Shown: positions 42,618-53,571, numbered from the stretch's first letter. The stretch is DNA of 64,000 bases from an uncultured Chloroflexia bacterium (GCA_963724295.1 CAVRUC010000008.1:192001-256000); one strand, 5' to 3'. Numbers and translations: made by a program. The notes: a model not told the origin generated them from the letters alone.

Positions 42618-42647
42618 AGAGTACTCGAACAGCGTACTTTCTGTCAA
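42618..42647 (-). promoter_or_regulatory. sigma70-like promoter
   Basis: TTGACA-N18-TACTCT. Confidence 0.65.
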
Positions 42648-42672
42648 GTTGATCGTTCTCAAATTATCCCCC

Positions 42673-44484
42673 TTAGGGAAGGATGACGCTGTCCGGGGCG
42701 CCCGCGCAGCCAGCTGCATGCCAGGCGGCGAAGAACTCTGCCGCGATCTCCGGAGCCACGAACCAGAGCCGGTGACAGGGATGCGGGATCTCAGCCGCTT
42801 GTAACGCGTCCAGCGCCCCGCGCCAGAAGAGTGCTGGGCGGGCGTCGGTCGCGCTTTCGGATGTCGCACCGATGCGATGGATATCGGTAAAGCGATAGAG
42901 ACCAGCGAGATCCAGGCGATAGGTGGCGGCGTGGACGCGCTCGATGTCGTCGCCGACTGCAGGGTCCTCGACCAGCACCGCCCCTCCCCGCTCCCTCGCC
43001 TCCTCATGCCAGTTCACCAACGCGGCGGCCGTGAGCGACTCCCGCGGGGGAGAGAGCGGCGTCTCCATGTCGTCCCGCGCGGCGACCGCTGCCGGGACCA
43101 GCAGCGCACCAGCCAGGACCGGCGCAATCCAGCGCGCCATTTCCAGCTTTCCATCGGCGGCGCGGAGCACAAGCCCGCCAATCGACTCAGCGACTACCCA
43201 CGCTCCAGCCGCGGCGAGCAGCAACCCGAATGGAAGCGCCGGCAGCAAGCGGCCAATGTGCACCCGGGATGTCAGGACCAACGGCAGTGCCAGACCCAGA
43301 AAGAGCACAAGGGGCGTCACCAGTACCGACCGGCCGCCAGATGCGAGCAGCCATCGACGAGCGGTCGAGACGGCCCCGATGACCGCGAACGGAAGGAAGA
43401 ACCAGGGCCAGAAGCGGCCTCGTTCGTTCCAGTAGTCAACCGGCGGCGGACCCGTATCGCGGTCCAGCAGGAGCCTGGCAAGGTCGGCCAGGTTCTGCCC
43501 CACCAGCCGCGCCGCTGCATCCCAGCCGGATGCGACCGAGCTGCTCGTTCGCAGATACTCGCTGGCCGCGGCCGGGTCACCGCTCATGGCCACGAGTTGC
43601 TCTCCTCGCGCGTGGAAATAGCTCATCGCGGCGGCAAGCGGGTCCGGTTCTGGCGCGGCCAAAGCCTCCAGCACCATGGTCGCCATTGGCACCACCAGCG
43701 CGCAAAGAATCGCCGCCCGCAGCAAAACGCCACGCCGCGCCTGGTTACGAATCGCGGCCAGGGCAAGCAGCCCGATCGCCAGCGGCCAGATCAGGCGTAC
43801 CGGCGCGTAAGCGTAGATACCGAGTACCAGTGATGCGGCAAGGAGTCCTTCTCGTCGCCATCGCCAACCCTCATCTGTGCCGGCCTCCAGTACGCGTACC
43901 AGCGCCAGCGCGGAGAGCAGCAGCGGCAGGAGCGATGCGCCGACCAGGGTTGCGGTGCGTCCGTAAAGCAGGAAGACCGACGACGTCGCCATCAGTAGCG
44001 CGGCAAGCGTGGCTGGTCCCGGCCCCAAGATCCTTCGCCCCAGGAGCCACAATACCGGAACGGATACAGCGGCCAGGAGCGCCACCGGAACCCGCATCGC
44101 GTCCAACCCGACTCCTGCCAGGGCTATTCCGATCGCCACGGGCAAGCCCACCAGTGGTCCCTGCCCGCTATCGGTCATCAGCCCGTCGGTCGGCGCCCAG
44201 ATGTCCACCGTGGGACCGGTGGGAGGCTCCCAGTAGGTTGTCCAGCGCCAGGCGGTGTACCCCTCCCAGTTGTAGGCCCAGTCAGGGTGCGCGCCGAACG
44301 GCCAGGGCATGAGGAGAGCCGAGACGGCCAGGAGATAGAGCGCGGTCAGCGTCGGCCAGTCTCCGGTTCGCCGCCAGAGAAACGCGAGCGATCGCAGCCA
44401 GGCTCGCGCGGCCCGCGACGGCAGCGGGAAAAGACCGCTGTCGCTACCGATATGAGCATTCCCTGGTTGCGACCCGGCGACCAC
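42673..44484 (-). CDS. ArnT/PMT-like (GT39/GT-C) membrane glycosyltransferase
   Basis: Multi-TM protein with MRVPVALL...LWLLGRR..G..ATLAALL and YAYAPVR. Confidence 0.75.
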   Translation of the reverse strand: MVAGSQPGNAHIGSDSGLFPLPSRAARAWLRSLAFLWRRTGDWPTLTALYLLAVSALLMPWPFGAHPDWAYNWEGYTAWRWTTYWEPPTGPTVDIWAPTDGLMTDSGQGPLVGLPVAIGIALAGVGLDAMRVPVALLAAVSVPVLWLLGRRILGPGPATLAALLMATSSVFLLYGRTATLVGASLLPLLLSALALVRVLEAGTDEGWRWRREGLLAASLVLGIYAYAPVRLIWPLAIGLLALAAIRNQARRGVLLRAAILCALVVPMATMVLEALAAPEPDPLAAAMSYFHARGEQLVAMSGDPAAASEYLRTSSSVASGWDAAARLVGQNLADLARLLLDRDTGPPPVDYWNERGRFWPWFFLPFAVIGAVSTARRWLLASGGRSVLVTPLVLFLGLALPLVLTSRVHIGRLLPALPFGLLLAAAGAWVVAESIGGLVLRAADGKLEMARWIAPVLAGALLVPAAVAARDDMETPLSPPRESLTAAALVNWHEEARERGGAVLVEDPAVGDDIERVHAATYRLDLAGLYRFTDIHRIGATSESATDARPALFWRGALDALQAAEIPHPCHRLWFVAPEIAAEFFAAWHAAGCAGAPDSVILP

Positions 44485-44499
44485 GTCGTTCCCTCGTCC

Positions 44500-45486
44500 T
44501 TAGCCCGCAGCTCGATCCTGCCTGGGAATATCGCCGCGCCGCGAGAGCAGCCGCCGGAACCCGAGCGCCGATAGAACGCTCGGCGATGCCCAGCCGTACC
44601 GCTGGATGATCCCCGCGTCCTCGGTCGCCGCCGCGCCGAGACGTCGCTCGGTGTGGGCCTGGAGGAGATGCGTCACGGCTTCGTCGTCGGCGCCGCCAAG
44701 CATCGCCTCGCGGCAGATCTCCTCGACCTCCGCCAGATTCGGCATCAGCTGTTCGAGATGCGCGGAAACGTCGTCGAACGGCCCACCGTGCGTCAGGTAG
44801 AGACGGCGCGGACCCGCTTGGCGCAGGCGCTCGGTCGAGATCGCCCAGTCGTCTGGCGCAAGATCCGGTGGCGGCGCGGGGGGAAGAGCGTAATCCGCGC
44901 CGGGCATGCGCACCCCGCCGACGTCGCCAGTAAAGACCGCACCCAGATTCGGTTCCCAATACGCGACGTGATGAGACGCATGACCGGGTGAAAAGAGGAC
45001 GCTCAGCACGTGCCCGGCCGCCTCCTGCGTCTCGCCATCGGCGAGCGGAATGACCCGGTCTTCGGGTATCGGCACGACCTCGCTCCAGAGCGCGTCCATG
45101 CGATCGCCGTAGAGTCGACCGGCGGAACTGACCAGTCGTGCGGGATCGATCAGATGTGGCGCGCCGATGGGGTGAACGAAGACCTGCACATCCGGCTGCT
45201 CGCGCACGATCGCCCCGGCGCCGCCGGAATGGTCGAGATGAATGTGGGAGACGAAGATTTTGGTCAGTTGCGCGGGGTCGAATCCCGCCGCCTCGATACC
45301 GGCATAGAGCGCCGGCAGGGTCGAGGCCGGTCCGGTCTCGATCAGCGCCAGCTCGTCCGGACCGGCCAGCAGGTAGGCGTAGACGACACGGTCCCACCCC
45401 TGAAACCCGAGATCGATGGCCCAGACGCGCTCGTCGACCCGTGTCGCCGTGCCACCGCTAAACGTCCCTGGTTCCGCCTGCCACAC
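44500..45486 (-). CDS. MBL-fold metallo-hydrolase
   Basis: SHIHLDHSGG, PGHASHH, FTGD and THGG. Confidence 0.92.
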   Translation of the reverse strand: MWQAEPGTFSGGTATRVDERVWAIDLGFQGWDRVVYAYLLAGPDELALIETGPASTLPALYAGIEAAGFDPAQLTKIFVSHIHLDHSGGAGAIVREQPDVQVFVHPIGAPHLIDPARLVSSAGRLYGDRMDALWSEVVPIPEDRVIPLADGETQEAAGHVLSVLFSPGHASHHVAYWEPNLGAVFTGDVGGVRMPGADYALPPAPPPDLAPDDWAISTERLRQAGPRRLYLTHGGPFDDVSAHLEQLMPNLAEVEEICREAMLGGADDEAVTHLLQAHTERRLGAAATEDAGIIQRYGWASPSVLSALGFRRLLSRRGDIPRQDRAAG

Positions 45487-45585
45487 ACCAATCTCCCGGC
45501 CACGCAGTGCAAGCCCCAAGTGTACGTACAGAGTATGGCATTGCCCATGTCCGGCGGGTGCGACAATCAGCCAGAGGAGTGAGCC

Positions 45586-46540
45586 ATGCACATCGTTCCC
45601 GCCACTCAAACCACGTTCGCCTTCCGGCCGGATGCCAACCCGGTGTTGCGCGTGCGTCCGGGCGAGATCGTCCGCTTCGAGACATCGGAGGAACCCGTCG
45701 AGCGCCTCTTTGCCGCCGGACCCCGCTGGACCGAGGCGGTCGACGTGCGCGCCATCAATGCCGTCACCGGGCCGGTCTTCATCGAAGGCGTCGCGCCCGG
45801 CGACGCCGTCTCCGTCGAGGTGCTGGCCATCGAGCCGCGCGACTGGGCCTGGAATGCCGCGATCCCCAGGTTCGGGCTTCTCGACGGTCTCCTTCCGGGG
45901 CCCATGCTGGAGCGACTGCCGATTCAGGACGGCAAGGTGATCGTCTCGGAGCGGGTGCGTCTTCCCCTGCGCCCGATGATCGGCTGCCTGGGGCTGGCGC
46001 CGGCGGAGGGTGAAACCTCAACCCTCTCGCCGGCGATGCCGTGGGCCGGGAATTACGATCTCACCCAGATCGCTCCCGGCGCGACCGTGCTCTTCCCGGC
46101 CCAGGTCCCCGGCGGGCTGTTTTCGCTGGGCGACCTCCACGCGGCGATGGGCGAGCACGAGGCAACGTTCGTTGCCATCGAGTGCGCCGGCGCGGCGACC
46201 GTGCGCCTCGATGTGCGGCGGGGGCTTAAGCCTGGAGACGCCGCGCATCGAGACCGCGGACCGCATCTTCGTCATGGGTCTCAGCCCATGCGGCGACTAC
46301 GGCGCGGCGCGACTCCAGGCCGCGCGCCTCCTCTACGAGCTGCTCACCCGCGAGGCGGGGCTCACGCCGTGGGAGGCATACGCGGTTATCTCGGCCCGCG
46401 GTGATCTGACCCTCGGCGGTCCCACCGGGGCGATCGTCCTGGGCAGCATAGCGAGGTCATGGGTGATGGGTGTCGGGTCATGGGTGACGGGGTCACAGGG
46501 TGGCAGGGTGACAGGGAGAACGAATCCCCCGACACCCTGA
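45586..46540 (+). CDS. Acetamidase/formamidase family protein; frameshift ~46228
   Basis: NAVTGPVFIEG, GNYD and GDLHAAMG. The shifted frame continues ETPRIET. Confidence 0.85.
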
Positions 46541-46585
46541 CACCCTGACACCACGAGCGTAGCGAGTAATCACCCCATCACCCTC
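46460..46585. repeat. Composite repeat/hairpin between convergent genes
   Basis: GGGTGA/GGGTCA tracts, CACCCTGA tracts and a reverse TACTCGCTACGCTCGTGGTG at 46549-46568. Confidence 0.75.
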
Positions 46586-46586
46586 G

Positions 46587-47072
46587 TTACGCTATCGCCT
46601 CCTCCTCAGCAGCCGCGCGCCGGACCGGGGTGACGGGCGCAAGCCGCAGCAGGGCCGTCGGGTTGTCGTCGGCGGCAACCCGGTTCTGGCGCTCGATACC
46701 GCAGCCATTGCAACGATGGACCACCATCTGCTCCCCGTCAGGCCGAAAGGCAACGCCTATTGCTGCCATCAACGCTCGACACGGGCTCGATCGATCCCCT
46801 GGCCGCCGCAGATCGACGTGACGTGACGTCAGGCACAAGGGGCAATGATTGCGGTGCCGGCCGCCAGAGACGGTCGGCCCCACGAAGGTGCGGCAGCGGC
46901 CGCATTTGAACGGGTCGCGCTCGTTGCGCCGGGTGCGCGGGCGGAAGGGAATATCCTCCCGCGCTCGGCGTGGCCGCGACCGGGGTTGGCGAGCGAGCGG
47001 ATCTCTCCGCATCGGCGGTAGCGAATCGTCGTCTATCAGATGCGCCAGCTCGTCTGGCGTCAGGCGTGGCAT
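46587..47072 (-). CDS. RNHCP domain protein
   Basis: FKCGRC, HRNHCPLCLTSRHVD..PGDR, HRCNGCG and NRVAADDN. GGAGG SD. Confidence 0.92.
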   Translation of the reverse strand: MPRLTPDELAHLIDDDSLPPMRRDPLARQPRSRPRRAREDIPFRPRTRRNERDPFKCGRCRTFVGPTVSGGRHRNHCPLCLTSRHVDLRRPGDRSSPCRALMAAIGVAFRPDGEQMVVHRCNGCGIERQNRVAADDNPTALLRLAPVTPVRRAAAEEEAIA

Positions 47073-47158
47073 GATCGTGTCCTCCGACCGGTGCTGAACG
47101 ATGGGCAGCGTGGTGCGATCGGGACACAAGCGCGGTCTTCACGAAATTCCCTCCAGAC

Positions 47159-47251
47159 TCACGACAGACAGCACGGGACGGACCCCGCGCCGAAGTGGAC
47201 GCCGGTAAGACGAAGGGTTGGAGGTGCCTGAAATGACAGACGGCCCGACAT
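47159..47251 (-). CDS. Putative leader peptide 2 (MSGRLSFQAPPTLRLTGVHFGAGSVPCCLS)
   Basis: GGAGGG close to the ATG. Lies within the RNHCP leader. Confidence 0.3.
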   Translation of the reverse strand: MSGRLSFQAPPTLRLTGVHFGAGSVPCCLS

Positions 47252-47433
47252 GACCCTCCGGCTCACCAGCGCGGCAAGCCCGAACGCCTGGCGGCGCGGG
47301 AGGGATGACTCAGCCTGGAACCTGGAGAAATCAGCCGGGCACGATCAACTCGGCGGCACGGTCCGCGCGGCAAACCGCGGGAACCGGCCAGGACCGGTCG
47401 CAGTGCGCTCGGCTCAGGAAGGGGGACGAAGGC

Positions 47434-47496
47434 TTAGCGAGCCATCCGAACCGCCGCCGTCGCGGCGCTCGAGCGGAGAACAGTCGCTGTGTGCAT
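47434..47496 (-). CDS. Putative leader peptide 1 (MHTATVLRSSAATAAVRMAR)
   Basis: GAGGGGAG SD 6 nt before the ATG. First SD-led ORF after the promoter. Confidence 0.45.
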   Translation of the reverse strand: MHTATVLRSSAATAAVRMAR

Positions 47497-47582
47497 CAAT
47501 GACTCCCCTCGCGAGGTGGATGATCTCGACTCGTACGGCGCCGGCGGGACTCAGCATATCAAAGGCCGCACCGGCGGGACGC

Positions 47583-47611
47583 AGTCTAGGAGCGCTCTCC
47601 GGATTGGTCAA
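47583..47611 (-). promoter_or_regulatory. sigma70-like promoter of the RNHCP leader
   Basis: TTGACC-N17-TAGACT. Confidence 0.65.
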
Positions 47612-47740
47612 ATAGAGTTGACTCGTCCTGAATCGAATCATGACGACGACGATCGCGAGTCCCGCCGTGTAATAGAGAAGCAATGAACTTGGTACGCTGA
47701 TTCTTGCCTCGACGCCTCGACTCGATACGGAGATACGCCA

Positions 47741-48697
47741 ATGCCCCTGCTGCTCCTCAGCCAGGAAGACGTCGAGCGACTGCTCGATCCAGCAGCGATG
47801 CTGGAGGCACTCACCCAGGGATTCGCGGAACTGAGCGGGGGAAGCGTCGTGGCGCCGGGGCGCACCGGCATCAACACGCCAGACGGATTCCTGGGCACCA
47901 TGCCCGGCTGGCTCCCCGGCGGACCGATGGGCGTGAAACTCGTCACCGCGTTCCATGGCAACCCCGCGCGTGGACTGCCCGGCCACCAGGCGCTGATCTG
48001 TCTTTTCGATCCGGAGACCGGAACACCGCTGGTCGTCATGGACGGCACCCACATCACCGCCCTGCGCACGGCCGGCGGCGCCACACTGTCGACGCGGCTG
48101 CTGGCCAGAGCGGATGCCCTGACACTGGCCATCATCGGCGGTGGTGTCCAGGGGATCGCCCATGCTCACCTCATGCCGCTGGTGCGCGACGTCATCGATA
48201 TCCGGGTCTGGTCACCCTCGCCGGAGAGCGCGGCACGGGTGGCCGCCGTCGCCACCCGCTCGCAGGTGGTCGATACACCGCAGGAGGCCGTCCGCGACGC
48301 GGATATCGTCTGTCTCTGCACGAGTGCTCAGGAGCCGCCGGTCCGCGCCGAGTGGATCGCGCCCGGGGCGCACGTCACTTCGGTCGGGTTCAATCCGCCG
48401 GGTGGGGAGCTCGATTCGGCGCTGATCGAACGCGGCCGCCTGTTCGTCGAAAGCTACGACGCCTTTGCCCCGCCGCCCGTCGGGTCCGCGGAGCTGCAGG
48501 GGGTCGATCCCTCGATCGGCACGGAGCTGGGTGAAGTGATCCTGGGACGCCGTCCGGGCCGCGAATCTCCCGACCAGATCACCGTCTACAAGTCGATGGG
48601 GCACGCCTTGGAAGACGTCGTCACCGCCACGCTGGTCTACCAGGCCGCGCTGGCGGAAGGCGCGGGTACCCCGTTCATGATGGAGAACCGGCCGTAA
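47741..48697 (+). CDS. Ornithine cyclodeaminase/mu-crystallin family protein
   Basis: GVKLV, ITALRTA, GGGVQG and YKSMGHALED. Confidence 0.92.
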   Translation: MPLLLLSQEDVERLLDPAAMLEALTQGFAELSGGSVVAPGRTGINTPDGFLGTMPGWLPGGPMGVKLVTAFHGNPARGLPGHQALICLFDPETGTPLVVMDGTHITALRTAGGATLSTRLLARADALTLAIIGGGVQGIAHAHLMPLVRDVIDIRVWSPSPESAARVAAVATRSQVVDTPQEAVRDADIVCLCTSAQEPPVRAEWIAPGAHVTSVGFNPPGGELDSALIERGRLFVESYDAFAPPPVGSAELQGVDPSIGTELGEVILGRRPGRESPDQITVYKSMGHALEDVVTATLVYQAALAEGAGTPFMMENRP

Positions 48698-49072
48698 CGA
48701 CACGGATGGTGGCATCCCATCTACACCAACGTTGATGACCAACTCACGGAGCTATTGGAGCAACCAGGCAATATCGTTCCCCAGGCGTCGATGACATTGC
48801 CACGGTTATACACGGGGTGGGGCACGCTCCGAGCGGAGACGCATCTTTGTATACAATCCCGACGAACGCGATTGCTGAGCCGCAGCATGCTGCCCGGTGG
48901 AGAGCCGCGGAGTGGCACAGCTTCGTGCGACGTTACCGCCGCGAATCGAGCAGCACTCGGCATGAAGGAGGTGCGGGCGCGAAGAGCGAGACGTGAATCG
49001 TCGGTTGTCGGCCCGATCGAACGAGTTGAGGCGCTTGCTTCAAGCGGCTCCGATTGACGGAGGAAGACGTCC

Positions 49073-50072
49073 GTGAATATGGATCGAAGACGATTCCTGA
49101 TTCTGTCCGGTGGCATCGCGGCGATCCCGTCGCTGCGCTGGACGAGCATCCTGGCGCAGGACGCGACGCCGTCGGCCAGCCCGGCCGCGGACCCACGGAG
49201 CATGTTCGGCCCGGTCCAGGGGAATAGTCCTTACAAACTGGCCTACATGCAGGTTTTCCCTGAAAACCAGTTCTGGGTAACGATGAAGGAAGCGGTCGAC
49301 GCCCGCGCCGCGGAAGACGGCGTCACGGTCGACACGTTCGCGCTACCAACCGCCAGCGGCGTGGCAGACCAGGTTAGTCAAATGGAGACCGCCGTCACTC
49401 AGCAGTACGACGGCATCATCCTCGGAACGGTCGATGCGGCGGGCATCGTGCCGGGTATCCAGGCGGCGAATACCGCTGGCATTCCAGTGCTCGCGGTCGA
49501 CACCGCACCGGCCGGAGGCGACTTCATCAGTTTGGTGCAGACCGACAACGTAGCAGCAGCTCGGCTGGCTGGCGAGTTCATCGCCGAGCAGATCGGCGGC
49601 ACAGGCAAGGTCCTCAATCTTCAGGGTGACCTGGCCAACCAGACCGGTCAGGCTCGCAGTGATGGGCTGCACGAAGCACTCGATAAGTACCCCGATATTC
49701 AGGTCATCGACCAGAGCGCGATGTGGCTCCAGGACAAAGGCCTGGCCATCACAGAAAACATCCTGACCTCTGATCCAGACATCGTGGCCATTTTCGCGGC
49801 CAATGACCCGCCGGCGTTAGGCGCCCTCCAGGCGCTCAAGGCAGCGGGCAGGGATGATGTCCTAATCGTCGGATTCGATGGCACGAAAGATGGTCTTGAG
49901 GCGGTCAAGAATGGCGACTTCGCGGCCGACGTGTTGCAGTTCCCGGACGCGATGGGGATCATCGGCGTCGATCTGATGGTCCGCCACCTCAACGGCGAGG
50001 AGATTCCAGAGCGGGTCGATTCCGGCTCCGGACTGGCCACAGCTGAGAACGTCGACCAGTATCTCGGGATAG
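49073..50072 (+). CDS. Sugar (ribose-type) ABC substrate-binding protein, Tat signal; true stop probably ~50072
   Basis: DRRRFL, TDN, ANDPPALG and GFDG. ENVDQYLG is followed by an out-of-frame TAG after a G run. Confidence 0.88.
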
Positions 50073-50263
50073 CGCTGAGGAGCCGAGGCCGAAGCGAATT
50101 TCGCTCGGCTCGACACGTGGGAGAGATCCTTCGGCGGTATGCCTCGGGTGATCGGTCGTGCATTGCCATGAAGGATCTCTCCATCGCGATGGTGCATGCT
50201 CATGAGCCCGTCCGATTTCGCGTTGGGAACGACCAGGATGCAACAATCCTTCCGAGCGGTACG

Positions 50264-51786
50264 ATGATGTCCGGCCCTGCCCGCCGGCGCCGGTACTCGA
50301 GCTGCGCGGAATTTCGAAGCGATTTCCCGGCGTGGTCGCCCTCGATGACGTCGCGTTCGACCTGCGGTCAGGCGAAGTGCACGTCCTCGTCGGCGAGAAT
50401 GGCGCGGGGAAGTCGACCCTGGTCAAGATCCTCTCGGGCATCTACCAGCCAGACGCGGGGGAGATCCTCCTCGACGGCAATCCGGTCACACTCCCCGATC
50501 CCCACGCGGCGCAGCAGCTCGGTATCAGCACCGTTCATCAAGAGCTGAATCTCGTGCCTCATCTCGACGTGGGTCGCAACATGTATCTCGGTCGCGAGCC
50601 ACTGCGGGGCGCGGGTGTCATCGACTGGCCGGCGCTCTATCGGGGAGCTGCCGCTCAACTCGCCGCGCTCGGCATGTCGTTCGATCCCCACACCCAGGTA
50701 CGCAGACTGGGGGTCGCGCTGCAGCAGATGACGGAGATCGCCAAGGCGCTCGTCGCCAAAGCGCGCGTCTTGATCCTCGATGAGCCAACGGCGGCGATCA
50801 CCGCGGATGAAGCGGACCAGCTCTTTCGAATCGTCGCTGCCCTACGAGACCAGGGAGCCGCGATCATCTTCATTTCCCACCATCTCGAAGATGCCGCCCG
50901 CATCGGGGACCGGGTCACGGTCCTGCGCGACGGCAAGCTGGTCGCGACCCTGCCGATGGCCGGGACGACGCGGCAGGAGCTGATCCGATTGATGGTAGGT
51001 CGCGAGCTGACGCAGCAGTTCCCGGAGCGGCCGCACGATCCGGGTCCGGTGGCCCTGAAGGTGACTGGGTTGAGCCGCCGAGGTGTTCTCAGCGACATCT
51101 CTTTCGAGGTGAGACGCGGAGAGATCGTCGGTATCGCGGGACTCGTCGGCGCGGGACGGACCGAGGTGGCGCGAGCCGTCTTCGGCATTGACCGTATCGA
51201 CAGCGGGCAGATCGAGATCCACGGCCGGGCAGCCCGGATCGCCAGTCCGCGCGACGCCATTCACAACCGGTTGGCGTTGCTACCGGAGGACCGAAAGCAG
51301 CAGGGACTGGTGCTGCCGCTCTCTGTCGCCGACAACATCGCCATGGCCGCGCCGGACAAGCTGCCATCGCCGCCGGGTCTCGTACCGCCGGTCCGGCGTA
51401 CCCGCGTTGCCGATCGCTTCATCCAGGCGCTACGCATTCGCACCCCGAGCTCACGCCAACGCGTGGTCAATCTTTCCGGCGGCAACCAGCAAAAGGTGGT
51501 GCTGGCGAAATGGCTGTTGACGGAGGCGGACATCTTCTTCTTTGATGAGCCGACGCGGGGTATCGACGTGGGCGCTAAAGTCGAGGTCTATCGCTTGATG
51601 AACGAGCTTCTGGCGAGGGGTGCGGCCATCGTGATGATCTCATCCGAGCTGCCTGAGGTGCTCGGAATGAGCGATCGCATCCTGGTGATGCGGGAGGGTC
51701 GCATCGTCGCCGAGCTCGACAGCGCCACCGCCACCCAGGAGGGCGTCATGACGCTCGCGGCAGCGGCGGAGGAGGACGTGGCATGA
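50264..51786 (+). CDS. Sugar ABC transporter ATP-binding protein (RbsA-like); start uncertain
   Basis: [32 protein letters not shown] and [12 protein letters not shown]. Confidence 0.93.
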
Positions 51787-52807
51787 GTGCTCCGGCGGAA
51801 CTGGGCGAATCGGAGAGCGTTGTCGCGAGCCCCGCAGCCGGTCGACCTCCTTTCCGAGGCATCAAGCTCGGCACGATTTCGCAGACCCTGGGGCCGTTGG
51901 CCAGTCTCATCATCCTGTCCCTGCTGATCTGGAGCCAGCAGGACGTTTTCATGACCTCGGGCAACTGGCTCAACATTGCCCGCCAGGCGTCGTTCAACGC
52001 CATCCTCGGAATCGGCATGACCTTCGTCATCCTCACTGGTGGCATCGATCTGTCGGTGGGATCGATGGTCGCGGTCAGCTCCGTCGCTGGTGGCCTGCTC
52101 ATTTTCAATCAGGGATGGTCGATGTGGCCGGTCGTGCTGGCCATGATCCTGGTCGGCGGGCTCTGCGGCCTGGTGAACGGGTTGATCATCACCCTGGGAC
52201 GCATACCGCCATTCATCGTCACGCTCGGCACCATGCAGATCTTTCGCGGCATCGCCCTGCAACTGACAAACGGTCAGCCCATCTTCGACATTACCAAGGT
52301 GATGCCCAATTTCGATATCTGGGGCACTCGAAACTTCGCGGGTATCCCCTCCCCCGTGATCATCACCGCCATTGTTTTCGTCATCGGATTCCTCATCCTG
52401 CGCTACACGCGCCTCGGGCTCTACACCTACGCGATCGGCGGCAACGAGCAAGCGACGCGCTTCTCCGGGGTCAACATCAACCGGTACAAGCTCAGCGTCT
52501 ACACCCTGATGGGGCTGGCCGCGGGGATCGCCGGACTGATGCTGACCTCTCGGCTCAACTCCGCCAACCGAACGTCGCCAATGGCGCCGAGCTCGACGCG
52601 ATCGCGGCGGTCGTCATCGGCGGCACCAGTCTCTTCGGGGGCGAGGGCACGATCGTCGGAACCATCATCGGCGCCTTGCTGATGGCGGTCATCCGCAATG
52701 GCCTGACGCTGATGCATGTCACGGCGTTCTATCAGCAGATCGTCATCGGCGTGGTCATCATTCTGGCCGTGCTCATCGACCGCTGGCGGCGGGGCGCCTC
52801 GTCGTGA
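51783..52807 (+). CDS. Sugar ABC transporter permease (RbsC-like); frameshift ~52565
   Basis: GGIDLSVG and GGNEQA in frame 1. [18 protein letters not shown] in frame 2. Confidence 0.92.
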
Positions 52808-53559
52808 CCGATAGGAACGGACCGAAACCCATCCCACGCACCAATCTCGGGGAAGAGGTGTACCGCTTGCTCTGGAAGCGCATCCTCGACCGTGGCCTGC
52901 GCCCCGGCGACAAGCTCTCCGATCTGCGCCTCAGCCAGGAGCTCGGCGTCAGCCGGACCCCGACGCGTGAGGCACTGCAGCGCCTGGTAAGCGACGGCAT
53001 CGTCCGTACCGAACGGAACCGCGGGTTCTTCGTTGCCTCGTTCTCCGAGAGTGATATCACTGAGATCTACGATCTGCGGGCGACGCTCGAGACTATGGCC
53101 CTGCGAGCGGCCGTACCGCGGCTCACTCCAGACCTCCTGAGGAGTGCACAGATCGACCTCGACAACGTCGAGGCACGGCTGAACGCCGCGACCAGTGAAT
53201 CCGAAAAGCTCGATGCCTTCACGGCGTTTCTCGAGGTCGACCGCGGATTTCATCGGTCCCTGGTTGAACTGGCCGGGAACTCCCGGTTGCAGAACATGGT
53301 CGAAGGACTGTGGGCCCAGATCGCGGTCTTTCAATGGGCGGGCGGGTTTCGCGATCGCTGGACCGACGCGGCCATTTCCCGGCATCGATCGATCATCGCG
53401 GCATTGTTGGATGGGGATGTGGAACGGGCGACAGAGGAGCTCCGTCAGCACATCGAGGAAGTCAAAGTCTGGGCCATCGATGAACTTGGAGCCGCGCAGA
53501 TCGAGGTCGAATCCGCACCCGCCCGGCCACCGCGGATTCTCGCCACGACCGTGACATGA
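52804..53559 (+). CDS. GntR family regulator (FCD domain)
   Basis: [12 protein letters not shown] wHTH and DRGFH. Confidence 0.93.
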   Translation: MTDRNGPKPIPRTNLGEEVYRLLWKRILDRGLRPGDKLSDLRLSQELGVSRTPTREALQRLVSDGIVRTERNRGFFVASFSESDITEIYDLRATLETMALRAAVPRLTPDLLRSAQIDLDNVEARLNAATSESEKLDAFTAFLEVDRGFHRSLVELAGNSRLQNMVEGLWAQIAVFQWAGGFRDRWTDAAISRHRSIIAALLDGDVERATEELRQHIEEVKVWAIDELGAAQIEVESAPARPPRILATTVT

Positions 53560-53571
53560 AGCGTTTCTGTC

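Noticed and set aside
49073..50548. 491-aa sugar SBP with a long C-terminal extension
   Set aside because: The extension is non-protein-like and overlaps the ATPase gene. One extra G near 50068 hides a TAG.
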